From contig CDMY01000420.1 in the NCBI GenBank assembly GCA_001179505.1, positions 1 through 64,000 on the forward strand: 64,000 bases of DNA, written 5' to 3'. Origin of the DNA: Vitrella brassicaformis CCMP3155 (taxonomy: Eukaryota; Protista; Chromerida). The notes under the pieces are model-generated. The model ran no database searches. It was not told the origin of the DNA and saw nothing but the letters and a program-made list of their open reading frames with translations. Position 1 is the first letter of the stretch, and the number at the start of each line of letters is the position of its first letter. Of this stretch, positions 13,101-24,730 are shown piece after piece. A program made the translations under genes and the position numbers.

Positions 13101-16100
13101 GCCATGGTGGGTGGGGCAAGGGGCACTGACTAAGACACACACAGAGGACACAGGCGTGAGTCTTGGGCTGAGTCTCTGTCTGTCTGCGCGTGTGTGCGTG
13201 TGTGCAGATCATCATGAACTTCCAGGCAGCGTCGCATCAGCTGAAGGAGATCAAGGAGTACATGATCACTATCGTCCAGTCGGTGAGTGACGGACGGGGC
13301 ATGTGGGCGGGAGACTGACAGACAGTTCGGGTGTTTCTTCTCATGCGTGTGTGCAGGCCGACGACATCAAGGTCTTCATCTACGACCAGACTCAGCTCAT
13401 ATGGAAGTGGATGCTCTCCGCGTGGTAGACACGCCCTCACCCCCTACACACAGCCGAGAGACACCCATACAAGTCGTCCCTCCCTCCCTCCCTCCTTGTG
13501 TAGCTTTTTCCTGACGTGCAATGAGTGCGGTCGCCACGACCCCAGTGCCATCCCTGAGCCCGAGACGGCCAGCGTGACCATTCCGCTCGAGAACAAGGTC
13601 CGCAAGATCGGCCTGTACGTCAACGAACTCGGCATCTTCATGGAGGGAGAGGTAAGGCAATAAGAATCGTCCCTATTGCGCCGGCTTGCATCGGTGATCG
13701 TCTTGTCCGTGTGTCTGTGTCTGTGTCTGCAGTTGGAGTGGTCTGACGCGACCAAGGAGAAACTCGGACTCAAGACGAAACCCGACCGACTCCGGTGACC
13801 AAGATCACCTCAGGCCATGCCGGCTCTGTCTGCATGGACACGTGTTGTGTGCTCTCTGTGTGGTCAGTTACGAGATGTGCAAGTCAATGTCGGTGTGGGG
13901 CCGCGCGGTGCAGCGGACCAGATGGCGTGAGGTGCTGCCCATCCAGGTGCCGCTCGAGAAGTTCATCGAGAGCGACTCCATCACACAACTCGTCGCCACC
14001 ATCCATGTACTTATAAATGGAAGGGATCTACGGCCGGCCGGCAGACCAACAGGACCGTTCATTCATCGCCTTTGTTTGTTCCCCTCAGATTGTGAATCAC
14101 GACGATCGCACGTGCGAGAGCAACTACAAGGAGTACTCGTACCAGGATTCTGTTTTGTCGCTCTTCGCCGACAAGAAATTGACACCACCCCTGGGCAAAA
14201 TTGACCTCGGAACCCACGAGGTGAGACACACACAGAGAGAACGACCCCATAGTCTTTACTCCCTCTCGAACGCTGCCTGTGCGTGTTTGTGTGCAGGGTC
14301 AGCCCATCAAGCACTCGTTTTTGTTTTCAGCCGAGATGGAGGCCAAGGGCCTCTTCGCCCAAGTGTGGGAGGTCATCTCCACGTAGGCAATGCCAAGCCA
14401 TCATCACCCATGCATGCAAGAGGAAGAGAGACGGCCGTGTGTGTCTTCCTTCCGTGTGTGCAGGACGGTGCGTGACGTCTTGTGCCGCACGTGCAAGAAT
14501 TTGCAGGGCGAGGAGGTGCCTGAGCAGAGTGAGGACTGGATCCCCTGCTTCATCGTCAAGGCACTCTCAGAGTCCGAGGGAACTTACATCGTCCAACCCG
14601 AGTGAGCCACTTATCATGCGCATCTCGCTTCTCGTACGCGTGTTCGCGTGTGTGTGTGTGTGTGTGTGCAGTTTCGCCGCAATGGCCGAGCGTTACAAGA
14701 CGCGTTCATCCACCTTCAAACGCCTGACCACCAAAGCGTCCAGAGCTAGCCTGGTCAGCCATCCCATCCATGCCCACGCAAGACCCGCCATGTCTTTCTC
14801 CTGTGTGCTGTGCAGTCTGAGTCGATGTCGCCGTCCGATCTGCGCAAGGAGACGGAGGGGACGATCAACCTTAAGTCGCTGCCCACGGCTGACGACAAGG
14901 AGGGCAACACCAAACTCCTGGACCTCATCAAGAAACGAGCTGACTTCCTGGCCGCGGTGAGTGAGTGAGTGAAAATGGGGGCCTTCACATGAAACTGTTG
15001 GTGACTTGGTGACTGCAGGAGGAGAAGAAGTGGGAGATCTGGGCTGCCGCTGCGAAGAAGTGTCACGTCAGTCACAGCAGTATAACAAGTCCGGCCATTT
15101 CACTGCCCGGCCTTTTGTGTGTGCTGATGCAGGAGTTGAGTCAGCTGCCGACGATGAACGAGACCCACATGCAGACCCTCGAGCGCATCCTCGGCGAGGT
15201 CCGCGAGACCGTCAGGACAAAATTCGACGACCTCAAGAAGCCCAAGCGCGAGGAGGGTGGCGAGGGCGAGGAGCTGGCCGAGCCCATTGTGATATCGGAG
15301 ATCGAGTACCTGAAGCTGGACAAGTACCTCAAGTACGCATTCGAGACCCTCCAGCCCGACGAGAACAAGGAGATATACGATCGCATGCGGAAGGACAAAT
15401 TCATCCCCTTCAAAGTCCACATCAGCGACCTGCGCAAGGAGGTTAGCAAACAGACGCACTGACACACGCACACGCACCTTTCAAGCGCGGCACGCGTCAG
15501 TCAGCGCGGCTCACATCATGCTTGTCAGGGTAACCGTCAGAAGCAGATGGAGGCCTGGGAGGCCGAAGTGAAGGACTTCCTAGTGGTAAGCGACGAAGAC
15601 TAGCAAGAGCAGAGAGCGAAAATATGGTCATGTGTGCTCGTGTATTTAGAACGAGGTGGGCGCGTCTCTGTCTACGAGCGACGGCGTGTTGGATGCCAAG
15701 GGGCGGCCCAAGAGCCGATACGCGGCCGTCAAGGACCTCATCATGGAGCGGGTCAGGAGCCGCGGCAAGGGCACACACGAACTGACATTGATTCATCCAC
15801 TGTCGCTTGCTTGATGTGTCTCTCGGTCAGCTTGAGGAAGTGGTGAATCGGCCGGAGAACCAGACGATGAAGCAGTTCAAGTGCTCCCTGCACTTCGTCG
15901 CCGACGCCAGGGACATCCGCCGACGCAAGCGAGGTGAGCATACACACACATATAGATGCCTTACACATTCACTCTGCATCGTGTCAGTCCGTCAACCTTT
16001 TCTTATACATTTGTCTGTGGTTGATTCGATTCTGCGCAGAGTTGCCCGCTCGTTGGGGTCCCGACCCGCTTCTGCCCCACCAGGGCGCCGTGGCCCTCTA

Positions 16101-19100
16101 CGAATTCGACAAAAGGAGCGGCAAACCACTCCTCGACAATCCCACCTGGTTCATCTGCATGTTGCAGGTACTCACAGGTGTCGCTCTACGCAACACATCT
16201 ATCATGCACGTCTCTGTCTGTCTGTCTGCCTGTCTGTGCAGTTTTCGGCCACGCACGTGAAGGTGATGATCCCCAACCCTGTCACCATGATCGGAGTCAT
16301 CGACACGAAAACCGGCAAGGTCAGCCACCACTCACACATGGATGGGTGAATGCAGTGGGGATATCATCCATCCATCCATGTATTTGCTGGGCATCCATCA
16401 GGAGCTCAAGCACTATGCTGACGAGGACAAGGCTGACCGGCCAGATGACAATGGAAGAAAGCAGCGTTTCATCAAGAGGTACACACATGCACACACACAC
16501 GCATTCCTGGTGTCTGCTCATGGCGTCTCCGTCCTGTCTTATTTCCTCCTCTTCCTCCACAACCTACTGTGTGCAGGAAGATCCTCCACATCCGTTTGCG
16601 TCGTTTCGGCCTCTTGGGAGCCATTGGCGCAGGCAAGGCCAAGCAGAACAAAGGTGAGCACCGGACATTTAGCCCAGCAGCACACGTCACGCCTGCCATG
16701 GCGCCCATTTCTTTGCCTGTGTGTGTGACCAGTTGCTGACAATAGCACTGCCATCAAATCGCACCAGATGCTGCTGGATGAGATGGACCACTGGCTCTAC
16801 CTCATCAAAGCCGATGAGACCAAGGAAGACGTACGTTACCTGAATACACACACAGGGACACACAGGGAGACGGGGAGGGGATGCGCCTTGTGCAGCAAAT
16901 CGACTGGTATGACGAGGAGGGCGATGGAGAGGACAGCGCCAGAGGCAAGGGAGCATCCAAGATGCGAGACGGACAGAAGTCCAACCAGGTAAACACACAC
17001 AGACGCATCACATCGCCGGCTGCACCCGTGCTTTGTACGGGTGTGTCGGTGTCTGCGCCAGATCATGTTGCGCGACAGCCGTAATAACGCTGAGTTGGAG
17101 TACGATTTCCTCTTCAAGGAGACAGAGTTGGACGCCAAAAAGTTCCGCGAGACGCGGGAGCCCGAGACCGACCCCTACACCAAACACCTCATGATGCTGC
17201 GCATGACGGGCGACAAATACGCCCTCTGGGAGACACTGATCAAGGCCGCACACATGCACAAACCCGACGAATTCATCCACGGGTCAGTGAACTACACACT
17301 TCTCCTCTTCACCTCTCTCAATACACTCGACGGCTCTCTCTCCGTGTGTGTGTATTCTCTTGTATGGCTGCAGTTACCAGGGTCGCGTGATCGGTCACCC
17401 CAACCCCAGGAAGGCCGACATCTACCTCAGACATGACAAGGACGCCACACAGGTAAGAGATGCACGCGGCCGCTGACCGCAATGGCAGCACTGTGCACCT
17501 GTGCGTGAGTATACAGGTCTACTACGAGTACCAAGAGGGCAAGGACATCATCGCTGACGAGAGCAGGATGCTCGGCAAGTACGCAATCATACACACACAC
17601 ACACACGCACCCACATGGCCCCACTGCCGTTGATGTGTGTGGCCGGCATGTGTGTGCACATGTGTGTGCAGGTACGTGGGTGCGTTCAGCCACCATCGCT
17701 ACCACGGCAGGGGCATACTCATGGACCGTGACGAAAGCCCCCTGTATGAGGTAGGTGTGTGTGGATAACGCCACAATGAACACACAGAGAGAGACACGGC
17801 ACATGTCTTTGGTTGGCTCTCGTTCAGGGCGAGTGGGCCAATGGCAAGCGTTGGGGCAAGGGCATCTTCGTCTTCCGTGATGCGGTAAAGTCGCACATCT
17901 CGGTCCCCGTCGGTTGATTGGTGTGTCATGGTATTTCTATCTACCAGCGTGGGTTGCCCCGTGAGTACCGTGGTGAATTCTCGAACGACCAGATGTGCGG
18001 CAAGGGCCAGCTCCGCATCATCAACGTCGACGACCCCGCCAGGAAGCTCAGGGGACAGGCAGACGAGAAGCTCATCATCGACCAATACAAGGTAGCCAGG
18101 GATGTGTAAGATGCGGGCGTATTGAGTTGATGCATGTGTGTGTGTTTATGTGTTGGGTCGATCAATCAGGGCAAGTTCGCCCCGGCTGAGCCTGGTTTTG
18201 AGGCTGGTTTGCCCAAGCCGCGTGATGCGTCGCTGCCCGATGAGTTGGAGGACGAGGTGGCTTTGAAGGCCGAGGAGGACCGCAGGCGGGCACTGGCCAA
18301 GGCACGTAAGGACGAGGACGCTCTCGTGGAACTCAGCCCCGCTTCAGCCAGGACACTCGGCGCTAGGTGAGAAAATGGCACGCCATGACAGAGAAGCGGG
18401 GAGTCTGCGTGTCTTGACTATCCCTGTCCGTTTGTGTGTGCAGGACTGACGCTGATTTGCAGATCGCATACGTGATGACTAAGGAGGGCATGGACGAGTG
18501 GCTGCCGCACAAGGAGAAATGGAGACCCATGCACGAAAACTTCCAAAACAGCTGCACCGACACCGAAGCCACCATCCGGTACCCACCCACCTCCCTCACG
18601 CAATTCACACAATCCCGCATCTCTCCTTTCACTCTTCATCAGTTTCCTTGACGGTTCCGCCTATGACGGCCCCGTGCAAAACGGTGTGCCCGACACGACC
18701 GTGGCGACCCAGGTGCGCGGGCAGGCCGCGAAGGGCACGTTTGTGTGCCAGCACCCCGAGTACGGGTTCCGCTACGAGGGTGGGTGGAAGGACTTCAAGC
18801 CCCACGGCTACGGCGAGCTGGTACGCAAGGTCAAGGTGGGCACCCAGACGGCCGACCTCCGCTACAAGGGGGAGTTCAAGGACGGACTCAGACACGGCAA
18901 GGGCGTGCTGGAGATCGGACAGCTCGCGGACGGCGGCAAGACATTCAGGAGCCCTGTGCTCTTCGACATCAAGGGGGAGTGGCAGGTGGGTCGATGGGTT
19001 TAGGAGGTGGTGTGGAGAAGGAAGGATGCATCAAACACGTCCATCCATGCATCCTGCACCGTATATGGCGTGCAGAACGATTTGTTGGAGTGCCGGGAGG

Positions 19101-20771
19101 CCAGGATCACGATCGCACCATCCATGGAACAGACATTCCCATTCAAGTAAGATGCCAACCGACGCACACACACCCACAGAGAGACCCCCACTCCTCCCGT
19201 CGTATCGTGTTGCGTGTGTGTGTCAGATCGTACGTAGGCCCGTGCAGCCGCGGCATGATTGGCAACGACCGGGACAGCGGCACCATGGTGTTCTTCGATG
19301 ACAAGACGTACAAGGGCCCCTTCAGCAAGGGACTCAGACACACTGCCGAGGGACAGGAGGGCGAACTCACGGACAAGAACGGAACCAAGATCTACAAAGG
19401 AAAGGTCAGAGACGGACACACGGACACACAGACAGACAGAGAGGGAGGGAGGGAGGGAGGGAACGTGTGTGTATCAAGTTACCGATTCTTTTGTGGTTGA
19501 CGCAGTGGGAGAAGGACATTCCTGCTGCTGGCGATGTGTCGTCGCTGGACTGTGGCGACGGATACACATACACCGGGCCACTGCTCAACGGAAAGAGGAG
19601 CGGTGCAAAGGGTAAGTAAGCACACACCACACAGACAGACAGACAGACACATTCACTCATTCGTCCATTCCATGCATCATCGATGTCAGGCGAGTTGTTC
19701 AAGGGCAGCGAGAGGATCTACGAGGGCGCGTGGAAGGACGACCTGCCGGACGGAAAGGGAAAACTCTTCCTCAGTACACATGACACAACACACTACCAAC
19801 ACACAAACACTCTGTTAACGGCCGCGTCCGTCCGCCTGGTGCTTGTGTGCAGAGGAGGGTGTGTACGACGGCAACTTCCAGGGTGGCAAGCGCCACGGCA
19901 CGGGCAAGTTCGTGTACAAGGATGGCAAGGTGGGCGACGGTGCCGCGGCCAAGTTCCAGAGCTCCCCTGCTGTCAAGGACAAGCTGGGCAAGCAGCGCTT
20001 CTACGATGGCGAGTGGAAGAACGACGTGCAGCACGGAGAGGGCACGTACCTTGACGAGTTTGGAAAGGAGGGCACCTACCGGTCAGTGCTCACCGCGGAG
20101 ACAGACACTGCCTCTCTCTGTCTCACTCTCCCTGTGTGTGCATATACTGTGTGCATATACTGTGTGCAGGCTGGACAACGGCAGCTTTGGCACCCCTGAC
20201 CAGAGAGCTGATGACTACTGCTGTGGCTTCTACCCCAGCTGCAAGGCGAGTACACCACGTGCATGAGCTCTTTCATATGTGCATACTGTCTTGTGTCTCC
20301 TCATCTCAGTGTGCATGTTGCGGCAAGAAGCTGCCCAGTGACTTCCTCCCTCACGCCCTGCCCAACACGCCCGTCAATCGGTACACACGCAACCATGCAA
20401 GCGCTGTATTGTGTGCATTTCCCTGTGCGTGTTGCTATCCACCCTTGCGCCAGCACGAGCAAGCCTTTGACGCCCACGAAGCCCGTTGACGACAAGGCAT
20501 CCTTCGAGGTGTTCGTGTCGTCCGGACAGGTCGACGGACAGCCCCTCTTCAAATACTACGAGGACGCCCCACTCGGTAAATCAAACACAGTGCTGCTCAA
20601 GGCAGAGACACACGGGGGGAGAGCATGGTCGACCTGTCTGTTGTTTGTTGATGTGCGGCGGCAGACGTGCGTGGCGTGTCGACAAGGCTGGCGGACGAAC
20701 ACCCCATTCTGGAGCTCAAGGAGACGACCAAGTCCTTCCACCTCACTGACAAGCAGCCACTCAAGGGATGA
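7136..20771 (+). CDS. Giant membrane protein: signal peptide, cadherin-like beta-sandwich repeats, ~8-9 TM bundle (TRP/PF06011-like), cytosolic region with PH-like helices, MORN repeats, Cys-rich tail (~60 exons, roughly 2,900 aa)
   Basis: Signal peptide MQWPSRWLLGALIALCLSAALA. Repeats LxxLxV..LxPxFxPxxxxY..V.AxxG...Y.I.V at 7480-8570. TM segments lie between 8650 and 13260. MORN-type YxGxWxxxxxHGxG repeats lie between 17670 and 20080. The splice junctions I traced from 8169 to ~17900 and from 20245 to the stop at 20769-20771 were all phase-consistent. Confidence 0.8.
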
Positions 20772-21587
20772 AGTGCCTAGACGCAGGGCCGTCCTTTCTC
20801 CCGGATCCACGCACCCATGTGCTTCATTATGTGGTTTCTTTCCATGCGAGCTGCCTGCCTGCCTGTCTGCCTGCCTGCCTTTGGTACAAGTGGTTGGCAA
20901 AGGGGAGGATTGATGGATGGAGCAGTGGGAGGGGGATGGATGGATGGCTGGATGGGTGGATGGCTGCTTTAGTGGATGGTGGATGGGTGCAGGTGTAGAG
21001 CTTCTTTCTTTGCCTGAGGACAAGACAGACGGTGACGAACACACCCTGATCGACTGACTGCCTGAGCGCAACAGACTCATGCACACACGATGCGCAGAAT
21101 GCACGCAGCGCTGCAGTTTTGAACGCAATCTATACACAAGTACAACGACAACAGAACGTGTCTCTCACAACCGTGCGATTACATCGCCTACATCTACACA
21201 TAATGCTTCCGCAGCAACGCGACTGTCCGTTGCACCTCCACACTGCTGCAAATGTCGGCATTGCAAACCTGCACCATTCAGCATCTCCGCCATTTGCATT
21301 TGGTGTGGATCGAGTGGAGACTCGCAGGTGGGTGGTAGTGGGTGGGTGGTGGGGCGAGTAGTGCCTGCACACACGGCGCTCAACGCATGAGATCTATGTG
21401 CGTCTGTCTGTGTGCGTGCATGAGCGTATAATGGGCTTCTTTTGGCGGTTTTCATGTTTGAGCTCGCAATTGCGAGCTTTGTGTTTCTGTCGTTCGTTCG
21501 TTCGTTCTTCCCGGTTTGAGTAATCTGCTTCAGCTCACTGCCTCTTAGTGAATCCAGCAGCGGCGCCCTTATCCAATTGCCGCCTCT

Positions 21588-24143
21588 GTGGCAAGTTCCG
21601 GCTCTCAGAGCCTCGAGGTCTCCCGTGACTCGCGTCGGCATCTATTTGGGATGCCTCCCCCCCGAGCGGCGGCCACCCGCGCCCGCCGGGCATCGCAGCC
21701 CATCCTTGTCCAGCGCCGGACCTCACACGCGCAGGACGACAGAGCCAATGCCCGAGCAACGTCGATGTCTGCCTGGTGCTGCTCACTGTTGAGGATACGG
21801 TGGCCTCCGTTTGCCCAAGATGCCAACAGGACGCCCAGTGAACAGAGCAGGATCAAGGTGGGCCAACATGCCACTTGATGATGAGCGCTCATCATCAAGT
21901 GTTGGTTTCGTGTCTTGTGTCGTGTGTTGTGGTCAGCGGGGAGCTCAGCATGAGGTGTTCCTGCAGAGGTCGTTTGTGATCGTGTGGACCTTTGCGCTTT
22001 TCTTCCTAGTCATGTTCGTCGCCGCGCATGTCTTCCTGCGTACGAAAGACTCACACACAAACGAGAGACAAACACCCACTCAGATGGCGGGCATGTTTTC
22101 CTCCCTCTCTCTGTTGGTCGGTTGGCTGTGTGATCAGAGAGTTACGTTGGCCCTGCGTTTTTTGAGGTACGTGAGTTGAGAGGCAGCGACTTTCTGAGGA
22201 GATGCCGGTGCCCACGATGGCCGTGTGTGTGTCAGTTTTTCCTCGGCACAAGTATCCTCTCGACCGGCCTCTGGGCCGTCTACAGGCGACGCACAAGAGA
22301 ACTGCAGCTATTCATCGCCTCGTGAGCGAATCGCGCACAAACCACCACCAACACCCACACACCCACACACACACACGTGCCTGAGTGTCCCAACTTGCCT
22401 TGTGCACTCATTCACCCTCCCCTCCCATGCAGTGGTTTCTTTAACGTGCTGCTGCTGACCCTGTGGGTGACGCGCGTGTCCCTCCCGTACGTCGTCGGTC
22501 ACCACTTCATCCCCACCGGCGACACGCCCACCTTCACAGCAGAGGGCGACGGGGGCAACTCCACGCACAGCCTGCCGGAGGAACCATCACACACTGCTGA
22601 ATGGTAGGTCACTCTCAAACAGACAGGGAGGGAGGGAGGGAGGGAGAGGGTGGGTGCATACGTGTCGTTCGTGTGTGTGTGTGTATGTCAGGTATAAGGT
22701 GCTGACGTTTGGTGTGGTCGCGAGCATCCTCTCGTCAGCCGCGCAGCTGCTCCTCATCCCTATCGCCTACTATCTCATGTATGGCACACAGGCCAAAGCT
22801 TTGATACAAAGTCGTGCACACGAGGGGCTGTTGTTCATCAGGCGGCGTGCTGTGTCGTGTCCTTATCCGCCGGATCTCGTCCTGTCGGCCGTCGACACCT
22901 CTCTCACAACTACACTAAATGTACGCGGAGCTGAAGGGCATAGGTGTGTGGAAGCCACCCCACTCCTGTGTGTGTGTGCGTGGTGTTGTGTGTTGTCTGT
23001 CTCGTGTAAAGGTCTCCCGTGACCCCCTGGACGAGTGGGAGGCGGGAGCCTTGTCGTCAGAAAACCCATTGCCGCCCAGAGATGTACGCGCAGCCACCGA
23101 CCCAACCACCCACACATGTACCCCTCATCACACTGTCTGTCTGTCTGTGTATTGATCGCATCAGGCCAGTCGTTGGTCGATTAGCGTCAGTGTGGCCAAC
23201 ACGGCGGTATCTCGGGAATGCGAAGACTTCATCGCTACGTACGAGAAATCCATTGACCAGGTAAGGTGTGCGGTGCATCTCGCCGTCCAGCACAGCACAG
23301 CACACACAAAGCACTGGCTGACGGTCGCGTCCATTTCCTCCCTCTCTGTTCTTTTTCTCCGTGCAGATCGTTGCGTCAGGGCACCTGCCCCGCTGCCAGG
23401 ACCGAGTGGAGGCCGTCACGGCCGCACGCAGCGGCCTGCTCTACCGATGGCAGAAGCCTCAGATCAAACCCTCCCGGGCATACACGCCCCCATCTCCCTC
23501 ACCCACACCACCCCCACCCCCACAACCACAACCACCACAAGTGCCCGCCGACACGCTGGAGGACGGCAAGCAGCCGTCGCCCCCCTCGGCCGCCCCGAGC
23601 GAACGTGATTCTGAGCGCGTGGTGCCGCGCATCCCCAGCATCCCCAGCGGGGGGATCACGAGCTTCGCCAGCATGTCCACCTTGTCGTGTCTGTCGGAAC
23701 ACGGCACCACCACGCACAAGGCGGCGTGTCAGGAGCCAGGCGGCTACCCCATCGCACGAGATGCCGTCCGCGACAAGACGGCCGGCAGTGTGGCCGACAA
23801 GTGCCCACACCCCCACCCCCAGGCACAGCCGCATCCACAGACGCCGTCTCCCCCCAGCGCACTCTCATCAGCCGTTCGAGCCACCATCTCGACCCCACGC
23901 ATGGCGACGGGGTGCGCGGCTGCCCGGCACACCCACACCAAGTCCCTGACGGACCTGCGGCTGCCGGTGGTGGAGCGGCACCACTCGCTCTCGTCCAGTG
24001 CGCCATGCACCTCCCTCCTGGGGTCGGCCGACGACACGCCTCCGCCGCTGCTGTTCGCGACGCCGCAGAAGGGCGTGGGTGCGGCGAGTGACGCCGGCAA
24101 TCGGGGACGCGGCAGCACCGCCACACAGCAGGTGGGAGGCTAG
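21588..24143 (+). CDS. Hypothetical four-TM membrane protein with long Pro/Ser-rich C-terminal tail
   Basis: Spliced exons give hydrophobic segments SFVIVWTFALFFLVMFVAAHVFL, FFLGTSILSTGLWAVY, LFIASGFFNVLLLTLWV and VLTFGVVASILSSAAQLLLIPIAYYLM. The last exon (23367-24143) is low complexity and ends at TAG just before the gap. Confidence 0.7.
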
Positions 24144-24155
24144 ATAGTGTGGTGT

Positions 24156-24455
24156 NNNNNNNNNNNNNNNNNNNNNNNNNNNNNNNNNNNNNNNNNNNNN
24201 NNNNNNNNNNNNNNNNNNNNNNNNNNNNNNNNNNNNNNNNNNNNNNNNNNNNNNNNNNNNNNNNNNNNNNNNNNNNNNNNNNNNNNNNNNNNNNNNNNNN
24301 NNNNNNNNNNNNNNNNNNNNNNNNNNNNNNNNNNNNNNNNNNNNNNNNNNNNNNNNNNNNNNNNNNNNNNNNNNNNNNNNNNNNNNNNNNNNNNNNNNNN
24401 NNNNNNNNNNNNNNNNNNNNNNNNNNNNNNNNNNNNNNNNNNNNNNNNNNNNNNN
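24156..24455. other. Assembly gap (300 N), followed by a G homopolymer at 24456-24491
   Basis: Direct observation. Confidence 0.99.
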
Positions 24456-24492
<37 letters not shown>

Positions 24493-24680
24493 AGAGGGGT
24501 TAGAGGGGTATGTCGGTGGGTTTCCGACAGAGGCGCCGTCCACCCGTCCCGTCCGTCCGTCCGTATGGGTGCATAGGCCTTACCTACCTACCTACCTTGT
24601 ACTACGCACTTGCGTATGCAATGCATGGCATGGCATGGCATGGTTGGGGGGACTGGGGGAGAGGTAAGGCGACCTGACCT

Positions 24681-24730
24681 GACGGGACGTGACGGGACGT
24701 GACGGGACGTGACGGGACCTGACGGGACGT
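24681..24730 (+). repeat. Decamer minisatellite (GACGGGACGT) x5, one copy GACGGGACCT
   Basis: Five tandem 10-nt units, flanked by GACCT/GACGT pentamers. Confidence 0.9.

Noticed and set aside
24456-24491. 36-nt G homopolymer as a possible G-quadruplex
   Set aside because: It abuts an N gap, so its length and reality are unreliable; likely the cause or artefact of the assembly break.
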